A stretch of DNA of 63,990 bases, counting the filler, from Jimgerdemannia flammicorona (taxonomy: Eukaryota): assembly GCA_003990765.1 (NCBI GenBank). It is 3 parts of 3 records of this genome, joined end to end, with 100 filler letters (N's around TTAATTAATTAA, not from the genome) between each part and the next. Parts side by side here need not be neighbours in the genome. Positions count along the whole stretch, not along the records: positions 21,436 to 42,769 come from RBNJ01001479.1; positions 42,870 to 63,990 come from RBNJ01001524.1; 1 more part is not named here. The stretch is one strand, 5' to 3'. Positions 36,447-49,520 of the stretch are shown piece after piece. Positions within the stretch are counted from its first letter, which is position 1; each line of letters opens with the position of its first letter. The notes under the pieces were generated by a model that worked only from the letters and a program-made list of their open reading frames with translations, did no database searches and was not told the origin of the DNA. A program made the position numbers and the translations under genes.

Positions 36447-36907
36447 TCACTCGAATTCCCAGGCTTCTACAATTTGTATTTCCTTATACTGTGCAATTTA
36501 TATCATTATGTTCTTCCAATGTTATCTCTTGATATATCCAAAGTCTCCTGGGGTTACTCCTCAGAAATGGGCTAAGGCTGGCTCATTGTCTTTGAATAAC
36601 TTATATACTCTTTTTGCAATTGTGATCTGAGTGAGGAGAGCTGACATTCTCTGATCCAGTCTTCTTTTCCCATCTTCGGTCTTGAATTTAGTAGCTATCC
36701 CAACTTGAAGTATTCCTGGAACTCAGTTTGGTTCTAGTAGGCCTTGAAATATGAGATTCGTGATAAGTGTGTTTGTACTATACTCTGGATACTGTCAAAG
36801 GATTCTTCCATTATTAGTGGCTCAGTAGAATACTACTGTCTTTCAATGACTTGCTGGGCCATACTAGTAATTCTGAGGGCAGCAGTATTACTTCATTGAC
36901 TGGTCAT
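36447..36907 (-). pseudogene. Accessory ORF in env-like position, family B
   Basis: ATG overlaps the integrase end; FQEYFKLG*LL...IAKRVYKLFKDNEPALAHF*GVTPGDF with one frameshift at ~36630. Confidence 0.7.
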
Positions 36908-38089
36908 GATACTTCTTGAGTTGGTTTTAGTGGATGGTAGTAGGGATGATTGTGTCTGAGAGTTTTTGTAGCCAAAAGGTGGTTCCTTTTATATCTTATA
37001 CAAGGTAAGGTCCTTCCCACTTGGGCTCTAGTTTTCGTGACCATGAGGCTTCTATCATGTTCCAATATACCAGGACTTTATCTCCTATCTTGATAATCTC
37101 TAGGGGTTTGTGGGTTTTTTCCACATTCTTCCATTGTAGTATCTGTGTCTTCATTTGTAATCCTCAGCCTTCTTCCTGATTTGATGTAGTCTCTGTATTT
37201 CTCCATCCACACATTTCCATACAGCATCCCCATTAGATGTTAGGGTTTCTTGAGAACTTTTTTCTCTGAACAACATTTCTTGAGGGGTAAAGTGGGTACT
37301 TTGTGATCTGATATCTCAGAGAGCAGATAATACTATTGGCAGATAGTGATCCCAGTTTTCATAGTTATTATAGATCTTGGCAATAACATTCTTGAGGGTC
37401 TTGTTAGTTCTTTCTGCTTATCTATTTCCTTGAGAGTAATAGGCTGTAGTCTGAATGTACAGGATCTTATACTTCTTGTAGAGAACCTCAAAGAACTGGT
37501 TTACAAATTCTGTTCCTCTATCTGTAGTTACTTGCATTGGAATCTTGAACTGGCAGATGATTTCTTTGTAGAAGAAATCAGTGATTGACTGTATATTGGC
37601 TTCCTTGAGGGGTCTTGCTTCTATCTACTTCGTAAAAAGGTCTATAATGATAATAATATATTAGTTACCAGTCAGGGTCAAGGGTAGAGGGCTGATTACA
37701 TCCATTGTTATGTGGGCAAATGGTACTAGTTCTATGTGTGCTAATCCTGGGGCTTGGTTTTATTGGTCTTGTTTCTGTTTCTGGCATTTGTTGCAGGTTT
37801 TGACAAATTGTCTGATATTTTTCTCTATTTCTGGCCACTATATCATTCTTCTTACCTTATCATATGTATTCATTCCTCCTAGATAGTCAAGTTCATGTAC
37901 TGATTTCATTGCTTGCTCCTTCTTGTGTTCTGATATGACTAGTAGTTTTCCTTTCTTTAGTATTTATCCATCAGTTTCAAATTGTTTTCATGTTCTATTG
38001 ATAATCATTTGTATCCATTCTTTCAGATGTTGGGGCATCTTTCGCTGTCCTAGATATGTGATAATTTCATAGTAGAGCTCCTTATTCAT
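36890..38089 (-). pseudogene. Integrase, family B (separate ORF)
   Basis: MNKELYYEIITYL, CNKCQK, MDVISPLP, IERTNKTLK, KWEGPY. Confidence 0.85.
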
Positions 38090-40720
38090 AATTGATTTGT
38101 TGGTTAGAGATATTTCAAGGTGTTTGTAAGAGAGTATCTGTATTGGAATTTGTTCTTCCAGGGCAGTATACAATAGTTACATTATAGGCTTATAACTTCA
38201 TTATCTATCTGGTATAGATTCCTTTGGGTTGTCCAGTTATTAGTAGCTAGGTAAGAGCTGAGTGGTCCATCTGAATGGTGAAGTGTCTTTCTACCAGATA
38301 GTAGTGGAACTTTTTCATAGCCCAGATAACTGCAAGGCATTCCAACTTATAGGATTTATATTCTTTTTCAGCTCCTCAGGTTTCTTGGCTTAGATAGGTA
38401 ATGACATACTCCTTTTTGTCTTTCTTTTGAGCTAGAACCACTCTTAGTTCTTGTGTACTTGCATCTGTCTGAAGGATAAATTCTTGGGTCCAATTGAGTC
38501 ATCTGAGGATGGGTGCCTGGGTCAGTCTGACCTTGAGTTCATCAAATGCTTTTTATTATCTATCTGTCTAGTTGAATTTAGTGTCCTTCTTATTGAGTTT
38601 ACAGATTGGACCTACAATATTAGAGAATCCTCTAATAAATCTGCAATAGTAGGAGATAAGTCCTATGAAGGTTTGGGCTTCTATAACAGTAGTGGGCCTT
38701 AGGTATGCTGCTACTGCTTGTATCTTGAGGGGGTCTGTGTGTGTTCCATCTCGATTGATAACATGGCCAAGGTAGGAGATCTTAATTTCTGTGAATTTGC
38801 ATTTCTTGGGCTTGATATACAGGCCATACTTTCTCAGTCTTTCTATTATCTGCCATATATACTGCAGGTATTCCTCAGGTGTCTTACTGTAGATAATTAC
38901 ATCATTGATATAGATCATCATCCATCTTCCCATATCATAGCAGAAGATTTTATTCATTATTTGCTGAAAGCTTACTAGTGCATTGTACATCCTGAATAGC
39001 ATTCGTAGGTAGATGTAGATTCTGTCTGGGATAATGAAGGCTGACTTTTCACTTGCCATCTCTGTGAGTCTGATTTGGTGGAATCCTGAGTATAAGTCCA
39101 AGGTGCTGTAATATTGTGCTTTGTCTCCCAGTATTATAAGAATGTCACTGATGAGGGGCAGTGGTTGGCAATCCTTCTTGGTAACTGCATTGAGCTTTCT
39201 GTAGTTGACACAGAGTCTTGGGGCAAATTCTCCAGATTTGCTTCCTTTTTTTAGGGCTAGTACAACTAGTGAAGACCAGGAGCTGCTGGCTTCTTTGATA
39301 ATACCAGCTTCTTCCATCTACTTGATTTCTTCTCTGAGCCATTCTTAGTAGACTGGTGGGACAGATCATGCTTTTTGGTAAATTGGTTCAGTATCTCCGG
39401 TATCTACCTTATGATAGTAGTGTGGAGTTTTTCCTTTAATATCCTTGAAATCTGTGGCAAGGACATCCTCGAATTTGTGAAGTATTTTCTTGAGTTCCTC
39501 CTTGAGTGAGAATTCATTTCCAATGATATAACTATACTTATTTGTGATTTCCTCCTTCTTATGCTCCAATTCGGTAATCTTGATGCTGGTAAATACCCTC
39601 TTTCTGTAGATCCAAATCCTTTCTTTCCTCTTTTCATTCCTCCAAATTCTTGACTTTTATGATCCTTGGTTATAAGATTGGAAAGATCAACATCTGTGCC
39701 AATCAGTCCTTCTTCTTGACCAGGAATGGGATTGTAGGATTGTGATTCTTAGTAATGAGCAGAATTTCTCTAGTATAGTTTGAATCAATGACTCCTCCTT
39801 CAATCGTAATTTCACTTCTAGCCAGGCTGCTTCTTATCTTGAGGATCCCGACATAATCCTTTGGGATAGTTATTTCTAGTCCAGTTGTGAGTAGGGTGGT
39901 TATCTGGGGTTCTAGTACAGCTTCTTCTACTATAGCAATGTCTATTCTGGCTGCATTTACTTGTATTCTGGCAGAACTGCATCACAGTGGGTCCTTCAAA
40001 TCTTGACCTTGATTTCTTCATCATCACTGTCCTCCAGGAGGGCTGGTGGTTCATCATCTTCCTCCTCCTTCTCTTCTCTGATCTGTTTTTTGAGAGCTTT
40101 CTGTCTTTTTTCCTGGTGGATCTTTCTGATTCTGATGGTGCACTGATACCAATTATTGATGTACTCCATATAGTACATCTTGATTCTATAAGAACAGACT
40201 TCTTGTGGTATATAGCCTTCTGCAATCTTCTTACACTATTTTTCTTCGCTCATCCATCCAACTTCTTTAGAGTAGTTACCATATAAGCTTCCTCTTGCTC
40301 ACTCTCTTCTTCCTCTATGTCAGACAAGACTCCTTTGTTGACATTGATGAGAATTCATATCTTCTGTCTCTGGTAGGTGATTTGTATCTTCTGGACATTG
40401 AGATCGATTACTGTCCTGGCTTTGTGAAGCCATTGATTGCCGATGAGGATGTCATAGTTGGTGGTATTGATTATGATTATATCTACTGAGATAGTTGCTC
40501 CTCCAATCTTGATGGGGACTTCTTGGATCTTTCCCAGAGGGGTGGCTCTTGTGTCATCTGCTGTGACAAAAACCAATTTGATTACTTCTTCAACTTTCTA
40601 GCCTAAATAGTCTGCTGCTTTCTTGCTGAGGAGACATTCTCCTGCTCCAGTATTGATGATGGCTTCAAAGACTCTATCTTCGATTTGGTATGTTGCATAG
40701 GTAGAGGTTTTGTGATTGTC
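38082..40720 (-). pseudogene. pol: pol family B: protease, CPHG-like module, dUTPase (~39600-40010), RT, RNase H
   Basis: IINTGAG, ILIGNQWL; RSSLA, GGVIDSNY, RGKKGFGST; LDLYSGFHQI, YINDVIIYS. Confidence 0.9.
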
Positions 40721-40749
40721 TTCACTTTCTTCTCCTGAGTCCTCTTGAA

Positions 40750-42060
40750 CATTATTGGCCTCGGTTATCTTCTATTCTTGCTCCTTGGTTGTTTCAGCAA
40801 GTCCAAACCTCATTTGTTGTCTGAATGTTGGGATTTCTGCAAGCTGACCAAAGGTTGTATTGACCTTTTATTGGCTAAGATCCTTGAAGATATCATACTT
40901 GAAAGTCTTAGTTTTGTGAAGTTTCTTTTCTTTTTCTCCTTCACTAGCTGGGGTAGTTCCTTAGATAATATCTTGAACTGCTTGCTCCAGCTTCATATCT
41001 TGGTCCATCTCTTCAGCTTGGCTTTCAGTGGCTGTTTCTATCTGCTTTTCTACTAGGTTCTTCTTGGGTCTTCCTGGTGGTCTCTTATAGAGTTTCTTGC
41101 AAACATCCTTTTTGGTAGTCTGAGCAGGATAGGCCTCCCATTCTTCTTCATCAGAATCTCTAATTTCCTCGAAGATAATTGTATTGGCCTGCTTCTTGTT
41201 TCATGTAGCATTGCTTGGTTGAACCTTGCACTTGATTTCACTCATATATTCATAGGAGTAGTGGCCTTCTTCTCTACAGGTATAGCAGGTACCTTTCTTC
41301 TTATTCGAGATAGCAGCAAACTTCTGAACTGGGCAGCAGTTTCTTCCTTAGATTTCTTTCACCATGTCTCCCAGGTAGGCAGTCATTTCAGCAAACCTTT
41401 TGGCAAGTTTCTCCATAGAGTCACTGTTCTTTTGCTACTCTGTAGTTTTTGGCTGAAGTGTGTTTCAATTGATCACTGTAGTAGGGATCACACTAGTTGC
41501 CTTGGGTGTTTCGATTCTGACTCTTATGACTCTTTCCATTGTATAGTCTTGTAGGTGTCTGGCTGTCCAATATTGCTAAGTATAGGTGACCTTCTATAAT
41601 AGATCCAAGACTACTGGTGATGAATGGATGACTATGGCTATCTCTGGGTGAACTCTTTTTATGAAGGTTGTTTTGGCTACTTGATCTCAGATAGCAGCAG
41701 CATAATCTGCAAGGATTATCTGATATCAAATTCTAGTATAGAATGTGTTTGGATTCTTGCTTATTCCTTGGCATGTTGTATTGAGCTGATCCTTCAGGGC
41801 TTGCTTGATCTCATCTGTATAATATGTATTTCGGAGCTAGGTTTTCTGTACTGTCAGTATAGTATTAACATTATTTCCTACATAGGTTACAGCTATGAAT
41901 GCTGCTCTGGCAGGACCTCATAGGCTGAAGGGCATGAGGGCTACTTGCTGTGCTGCTGTCAGGGTCCTTACAGCAGCATACTGCTCAAAATCATCAATGA
42001 AGATAATGATTGATTCATCTGAGGTATACCCATGGAATACTAGTGGTCTCATATCCATTT
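40750..42060 (-). pseudogene. gag: gag, family B
   Basis: MDMRPLVFHGY..FIDDFEQYA; knuckle CYTCREEGHYSYE at ~41245-41290. Confidence 0.75.
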
Positions 42061-42172
42061 TGTCTGAGTATTGTGGCTCAGTTTGTATGATTGTTCGAGT
42101 AGTGGCGGTTATTCATTGTTCAGCTTGAAAGAGAGGGATTTATCTTGAATCACCAGCCAATGGGCACCAAGT

Positions 42173-42387
42173 TGTAATATAGCAGACACTTACTTTTGAA
42201 AGTATGTCAGATTTCTATATCTTGAAAACTTAACTGTTCTGACTCTCACAGAGTCTCTTGAGTTTCAGGGGAGAGTGGGTGAGTTCGAAGTATATCTGCC
42301 TGCAGACTTACTAGTTCCTTTACTATCTCTTTGCTTTGAACTATTTCAATCTGAGGTTTATTCACTCTAAAATACTAGGTTATTTAT
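42173..42387 (-). repeat. 5' LTR of family B (partial, interrupted by a family C LTR)
   Basis: Matches 35934-36148; homology stops where TGTAACGG begins. Confidence 0.9.
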
Positions 42388-42769
42388 TGTAACGGTGACC
42401 CCAGAATGATGACATCAGTACAGGAGACAGCCTTTCTTTACAAGCCACTAGATCAGAGTACAAGAAGATCATACAGCATATGAGATGAGCAACAATGACC
42501 AACTGTGAGTCATTGTGACCACAGCACAAGCATCTTGAAGAATATAAAAGATGGACCAAGGAACCGCAGTAGCAGCAACCAACAAGAACCACCAATCCCA
42601 AAATAGCTCAAAGACTTACCACAAACAAAATGCCTGCTGCCCGCCAAACCTCAAGGTCAAGGAATCATCAAGGTATCTCGGTCGAGGAAAGGATGTTTCA
42701 AGACATCAGAAGAGCCATGAGGACCCACTCAAGAAGGACTCCTAGTGTCAACCTGGGTACTGCAGACCC
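42388..42769 (+). repeat. Family C LTR, 5' part (cut by contig end)
   Basis: Matches the copies at 52553 and 59429. Confidence 0.9.
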
Positions 42770-42869
42770 NNNNNNNNNNNNNNNNNNNNNNNNNNNNNNN
42801 NNNNNNNNNNNNNTTAATTAATTAANNNNNNNNNNNNNNNNNNNNNNNNNNNNNNNNNNNNNNNNNNNN
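42770..42869. other. Artificial contig spacer
   Basis: N44-TTAATTAATTAA-N44. Confidence 0.97.
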
Positions 42870-45800
42870 TTATAGTCACTTGGACTCTGTCTTTATTACC
42901 AGTCTATGAATAAATATACAATATCACTACCTACTATCCGATCCCTATAGGGGAGTCCCTCCCCATCTCTTCATGAATAAAGATCACCCTCTCACCAATG
43001 ACTCCAACTCTCCCACTGCTCTGTCTACAGATTTTCTCAACCAAGCAGCACCTCTAACCTCCCTGCAGCCCCCAACCAAGCTGCTAGCCTGTTGGGGTGT
43101 CTTTCGTAGGTCTCTGCCACTGTGACAGCTAGCTTCCCAAGCTCTGTTGCCTCCCATCCTCAAAAACAAATAGCCAGTGACTGGTCAACCCAACCCAAAT
43201 AGCCAATGCCCAACCTAAGATAATCTACTCCTTTCCTACCCCTCCTACCAATTGATCCCTCAAGTCCTTCCACCTCCCCCATACTTCATCCCTCCTACGC
43301 CTCACCCCCAAGTGGTCTCTGATGACCCACCAAAAGTCTCTCAATACCTCGTACTCTCCTAGCCAATATTCTGGCATCTGTATAAAGCCCCCTTTCTGCC
43401 CTACATTGTGGCACTCCTTACAGTCAAAGCAACCCCTAATGATAAGGTGCCCTGAGTGGAAGTTGAGCATTACATTCCTCCTCAGCATATGCCATCAGAC
43501 TACTCAGTATTTCAGTGGCATCCATTTTCATACTGCAGTACTCCAGATCCAAATACTATGCCAGTCCCACTCTTCTCCAATTCCAACTCCTTGCCAACTG
43601 CTAGGCCACAGATCCTGGCCTGGTTCCCTCTGGCATTCAATTCCATCACCAATGTTAAACTTAAGTAGAGGCATGCCACTCAGCAGTATGCCATCCCATC
43701 TCTACATCACTGGGTCCCAAGCCTCCTCTCTTTCATTCCCTTACCAGTGAATACCAATGCAGTGAGCCCCCTCCACTATCCCCCACTAGAAACCTCTATA
43801 TCACAATTGTGCAGTACTCTGAAGTCCTACCAATGAGAGAAGATCACCAGCTGAGCCTCTCGGTGATGTCTGCCTCTCCCAGACCTTCTGCAGCAGGGGA
43901 ACCCAACCCCCTTCCCACAACTCCACTGCCCTCTTAAGCCACCATGCCCTCAGGCAGTATAGTTGTTTGGGAAAGTCCACCAGCCCAAGACCACCTCTTG
44001 CCACCAGTAGGGACAAGGTCCTCCAATCAATCTGGCTCCATCTGCCAGCCCAAATCTATCCCTTGGCTACCTTCACCAATCTCTTCACCACTCAGGCCGG
44101 GAAGTCCAGATGATAAGCCAAATACCACAGCTTTGGCAGCCAATATACATTCAAAATTAAGACCCATCCTACCAGAGAAAAATGTCTTCCCCCCCAACCC
44201 CACAGGTCCTCCTCCCAAATTCCAATTCACTGCTCCCACCAAAGCCTAGGCAGAACTGATCTATAGACTGACAAATAGATGCCCAAGTACCGCACTGTCT
44301 CACCAGTGGGGACAATTGTTCCTATAATGTCTCCTCCCACCAGGCCATTGCCTAGCACCATTGTTTCACACTTGTGCCAATTCAGCTTCACCTCAGAGTT
44401 CTTCTCATACCACTCCACTGTCTTCTTGAACTCCTCGACATTAGCAATCGATCCCAAACCAATCACCATATCATCCACAAAGGCCCCAACTTTCCACCCA
44501 ATGCTATAGATAGAGAGCTCCATTATTCTTTGCCTAATTCTGTCTATTAGGGGTTCTAGGGAAAGAGCATATAAGATGGGGGACAGTGGGTCCCCCTGGG
44601 GCACCCCTCTACCCAGAGGGAATACTACCCCTCTATGCTCAATACACAGGAGTGCAGCCCTACTCCCTTCCAGTAGGCTGATTATTGCCAACCAAAATTG
44701 GGTCAGAACTCCAATTCTATCTAATACTTTCACCAGCCAGACTTATCACACCCAGTTATAAGCCTTCTTCTGGTCTAAGAAGACTAGTCACCCATTCAGT
44801 CCACAGGCTCTAGCCCCTTCAATAACTCCATGTACCCAGGCTGTGCTATCTCTAATGAGCTGACCACCCACAAATCTCCTCTGCTCAACCCCTACAACTT
44901 GCTGGACTACCTTCTGTAGCCTTGCAACCACCACCTTAGTCACCAACTTTCTGTCCATATCTAGCAACATTATCAGCCACCAGTTCTTCCAATCCTCTCA
45001 CCTTCCTTTGTTCTTATAAAGCAGCATCACCAGCCCCAGATTCTACTCCCCCACCCATCTCCCTGTCTACAATATAGAGTCACACAATACCATCAACTCT
45101 CCCATCACACCTGGGACTTCAACCATTTGCTTCCAGAAGTCCCAGGGTAGGCCATCCTCCCCAGGTACTGTACCAGAGGCTGTTGCAGCAAGAACCTGGT
45201 AGATCTCATCTTCCTTCACAGGCATCATCAGATCACCTAGTCCCACAACTTGTGGTGGGTGCCAATCATCCAATATTCAGTCAATGGCAGTAGCATCCAC
45301 CCCACCCTTCTCCTCACTCCACAATCCACTCCATCACTCCTTCAGTGATCCAAGAATATCCTGTACACTATGCACTAGTATACCATCTGAGTCAAGTACC
45401 CCTTCCCACTATTGCTGTATCCTTCTCACCCTAAGGGTCCTCATGAGAAACTTGGAAGGCCTCTCCCCTTCCTTCAGCCCCTGTCAATGAAGCCTTGCCA
45501 CCAAGCTTTGCACTCTTGCCTCTTTCTCTTTCTGTAGCATCTGTTGTAGTTCCCCAACCTCTATCTTTGCCCTCATTACTCTCTAATCTTCTTCTCTCTC
45601 CACCATTGCCAGACTCGCCTACCCCTCCAGAAGCCTAGCCAATCTAGTAGAAGCCCAGTGCACTCTCTGCCATCACTGCTTCCCTGCCACCTTGCCAGTC
45701 TCACTCCAGTACATCCTGACCATCTCTTTCATCCTCATCCACCAAACCCCAATCAAGGCACCTTCTTGCCACCAGTTCTCCACCCTCAGCTGAATGTCTT

Positions 45801-48728
45801 TAGCCTACTCCTCCCACTAGAACTCATCATCTAACAAGGAGGAATTTAGGCACCAATGTTCAGGCCCATCCCCACTTCCCCCAAAGCACCCCTGTCCCAA
45901 AAGACCCCAGTGATCTGACCATAGACACCATTCCACCTCCAGTGACTTCCAAATATCACAGCCCCAACAGTCAGCTATCAGAACCCAGTTGATCCTTGTC
46001 CTCAGGCCTCTAGCCCAATGCATATACCCTCCTATCCCCCCAGTACTCCCTACCAGTATCTACCAGCACTCCTAGTCTTTCAACTTCCTCCCACATCGCC
46101 AGCCCCCCACTCCTGCTCTCAGCACCCCTTCCTCTATCAGTTCTATCCATCTGTATATCCCGAACCATGTTGAAATCTCCCCCAAGCATATCCACTCCAG
46201 CCTCTACCAGGATCCCACTCTCCTGGAGACCCTTCACCCAATCTACATGCTCCCCCCTTATGGCAGGGCAGTAATAGAAGCCAACTGTAACTGGCTCCCA
46301 GCCTGCACGAATCCATTCCCCCCAGACCAGCCTCTCCCCCCAGCTCCTCACATCTCTTATCTCTCCTCTGCCTTTCCAAACCAGAATCCTGACCTTGCCA
46401 TTTCAAATTGCCATACCACCCCATTCCTTTGTCCATTCTATTCTATCAGAGTCATCCTCATACCTGATATCCTGCAAGAGGAAAAGATCGGCCTCCAATC
46501 CCTTCAGCCAAATAAAAATATTCCTATGTCTAACAGTGCCCCTTAGCCCATTCATGTTCAAAGAAAAAATGTTGGTTGTACTGTTCATACTAAAATATAA
46601 TTTATTATCAGTTGATCTCTACTGCTCTATACTCATCTCCTCCTGCACCATGTCCAGATTATGTTCTGCCATCACCTCCTCCTCTTCAGCCCTCTGAGCC
46701 TCTAATCCCGCCAACAGCTCATTCATCTCCCCATCTGCCTTCTCCTCAAACTCCTTCTGGTACTCAATGCAAGCCTTCTGCCAAAGCTGCAATCTATGAC
46801 ACTTGTTCCAACAGTACTCAGCCCTCTCCCTAGTGACAACCACCATCTCTGCCTCCCGCTCCTTGTCCACCTCATACTCTTCCTCCTCCAGATACACTAT
46901 GAGAATTTCTGCCTTCAGTGCCATCATCACTCTATCTCCCTGCAAAATCTGTGCCCAGTATACATCACTCATCATTCACAAGTCCACCTCCCCCAACTCT
47001 TCTGCTGCCAGGTTATTCATCATCCTGCACATCCAAAGTAGGTTCCCCACCTCCTTCCCTCCAGGGGTTGCCAGCCTCCCTCCATCCAGCATTGTGGTGT
47101 TGGCTCCAATACTTGCAGCCTCATCCCATACCTCCAGGACATCCACCAGTTCCTCCTCTCTAGCTGCCACCACATGTCCCCTATCCATCACCTCTGGAAT
47201 ACCGAATTTCACCTGATGGGTCCCCAGCATTGTCACGTCCTCCACCATCTTGTTTCTGGAAGCTGGGCCTCACCTGATAAGAGGAGAAGGAGTGGGAGAA
47301 TCCTCCCAGACCTTATCCCAAATCTCCAAGGTGCCATCAGTATATGGGTTAATAACCTTCACCTCCTTTGCCTTCCCTGTCTCCTCTCTGGCATTTCCAC
47401 TCCTCTTGCCAGGCCAGACACTTGCTTTGACCTCTGCCACACCCATCATCTTGCTCACATCCTCCTGTAGTCAGTTCCCCAGTTTAGCCAGCAGATCCTT
47501 CTGTCTCTTACACCCCTGAGCCCTTTCTCACTATACCTTGTCTACTCAAATTCTCTTTCCATCCACCACCTCCAGGTGCATTGACTCCACAAAGACCTTC
47601 CAAGCCTTTGCTCGCCACTCCATTGCACTATCCAATTCTTCCAGCACTTCCAATAAATCCTCTTTCTCCTCTTCACTTCCTTTCACCCTCATCACCTTGC
47701 ACAAGATCGCTCCCCAGACCATCACCAAAGGCCAGTCTCTTGCCTTCCCAGTAGCTTCTTTCCCAGTCAGCTGAATCCTCACATCCATGTCCCCAGTCCT
47801 AAGCGAGGTTCCTTCCCAGACCCTGAATCCAATATCCACCACCTCTCCATACTCTGCCATGATATCCTCAACTCTCTTTCTCATTTCTATTACCATCACT
47901 GTGGGCACTCCTTTTACCAGCAGTTAAACCACCCTCGGATCCCATTTCAGATACTTTGCCATTGGAACACACACCTCCCCAACTACTAACCCAACCTTCA
48001 ATGCCTCCTCCAGTGGCTCAGCCTCCTCAAAACCTATCTCTACACCCTTCAGTCCCTTCAAAAACTTCACTGACATGGCTCCTGGCACCTGCTTAGTGAT
48101 AAGCTCCAGCACCATTTTCACCATCACTGCTAAGACCTAGAAGCACAGTGTAACTGTGAATGCCAAAATTGATTTTTTGAGTAACAGGGCCACTGCCAGA
48201 CCCATTATGCCATCTGCCAAATCTCCTTGTCTTCCAAGCCTTAGCCACTCAGCCTCACCAATAGCCATTACATCTGGATTTTTTTCCAGATTAGCAGTCT
48301 TGTCACCATCAGCAGTCCCACTCCCCCCAGCTGCTACTCCCCCAGCTCTACTGCTCCCCTTCCCAAGAACTACTCCCCCATATACCACCACCTTCTCGGT
48401 CTCCTTACCCCTCCTCAGCCAGCCCTCCAGCCCTGATACCTACTGCCTCTCCTTTACCATCTCCACAAAGCTTGCTCTCTCAGACCCTTGTCTGCTACCA
48501 ATACCTCTACCTCTTCTGTATCCTCCTACCAGCAGCCCGCTCATGCCCCCCCCCAGGCCCAGGCCCCTTCCCACCTGCTGCCATTCGAAAGCACTTGGGC
48601 TGCCCTGCCCAGTACACACCTCAGATTGTCTGTTGGTCACCATATTGTTGGTCTCTTTTCTCTAAAAACAATGTTGTAAGTGCCTTCCAAAGGTTATGTA
48701 ACCAGAATGATATTGGAGAAAGATGATT
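42870..48728 (-). mobile_element. L1/Tx1-like LINE copy 3, near full length, inserted in family C protease region
   Basis: ORF1 (AFEWQQVGRG, EYGEVVDIGFRVWEGT), APE (IFSLNMNGL, GGDFN, SDH), RT (GVPQGDPLSP, AFVDD), CKEC knuckle. Confidence 0.92.
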
Positions 48729-49099
48729 ATATAAGGTATGAGTCTCTATTAATGTCCACAAAGGAGTCCTATCAGATATGGAGAAAGGAGATGAAGAGGA
48801 TACAGAGGTCTTCATACACTTGGTGAATAAGAATAAAAACAAGACACCTAAGCTCACAGATGAGCAGTGGTACAACAAGATCATCAATAGCTATGCCTCT
48901 CAAGAAAGATGCCCCCATGGTACTAGGATGTACTGCTCTGAACACCTGAATGACTGCTGGTCTTGTATCAGTGAAGTCAGGAAAATCTGTCAACAGAAAT
49001 ATGAGCAAAAAGTCACTGAAGCAAAAAGGAAAGCTGAAGAAGATGACCAGCCTCCAGAGCTTCAGGCTGATAGTGATAATGAGGAAGAATAAAAATCAG

Positions 49100-49520
49100 A
49101 CATCACCCTCAAGGTCAAGAAGTTTTACCCTGAAGCCAAGATCCCAGAATACAAGACCAAAGGAGCCATAGGGATGGACCTTGCTAGCATTCAAGATGTT
49201 ACTCTTGAACCACAGACCACCACCTTACTTGGCACTGGAATTGGAGTCAAGCTACCAGAAAACCATACCAGAATTATCAAGACCAGGAGCAGTCTGGCCA
49301 AAAGCAAAATCTCAGTTGAAAGAGGAGTAATTGACCCTGATTACACTGGCAAGATCTTCCTCATAGTCAGGAATCACAACTCCACCACCCCATTTGAAGT
49401 CAAGAAGCATGACAGGATTGGCCAGATGCTGATTCATGAAATCAAGAAGCCCAAGATCATAGAAGCCATCAAACTCATCAAGATCAAGAGAGGAGAACAA
49501 GACTTTGGATCTACTGGAAG
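49100..49520 (+). pseudogene. dUTPase domain, family C
   Basis: GMDL, TGIGV, RSSLA, GVIDPDYTG, RIGQM, RGEQDFGSTG. Confidence 0.92.

Larger units (their letters stand above)
35934..42387 (-). mobile_element. Ty3/Gypsy LTR retrotransposon family B (gag-PR-dUTPase-RT-RH / IN / accessory ORF)
   Basis: Matching LTR segments at 35934 and 42173; PBS TGGTGCCCATT (~42169-42159); PPT AGGAGGAAGA (36415-36406). Confidence 0.92.
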
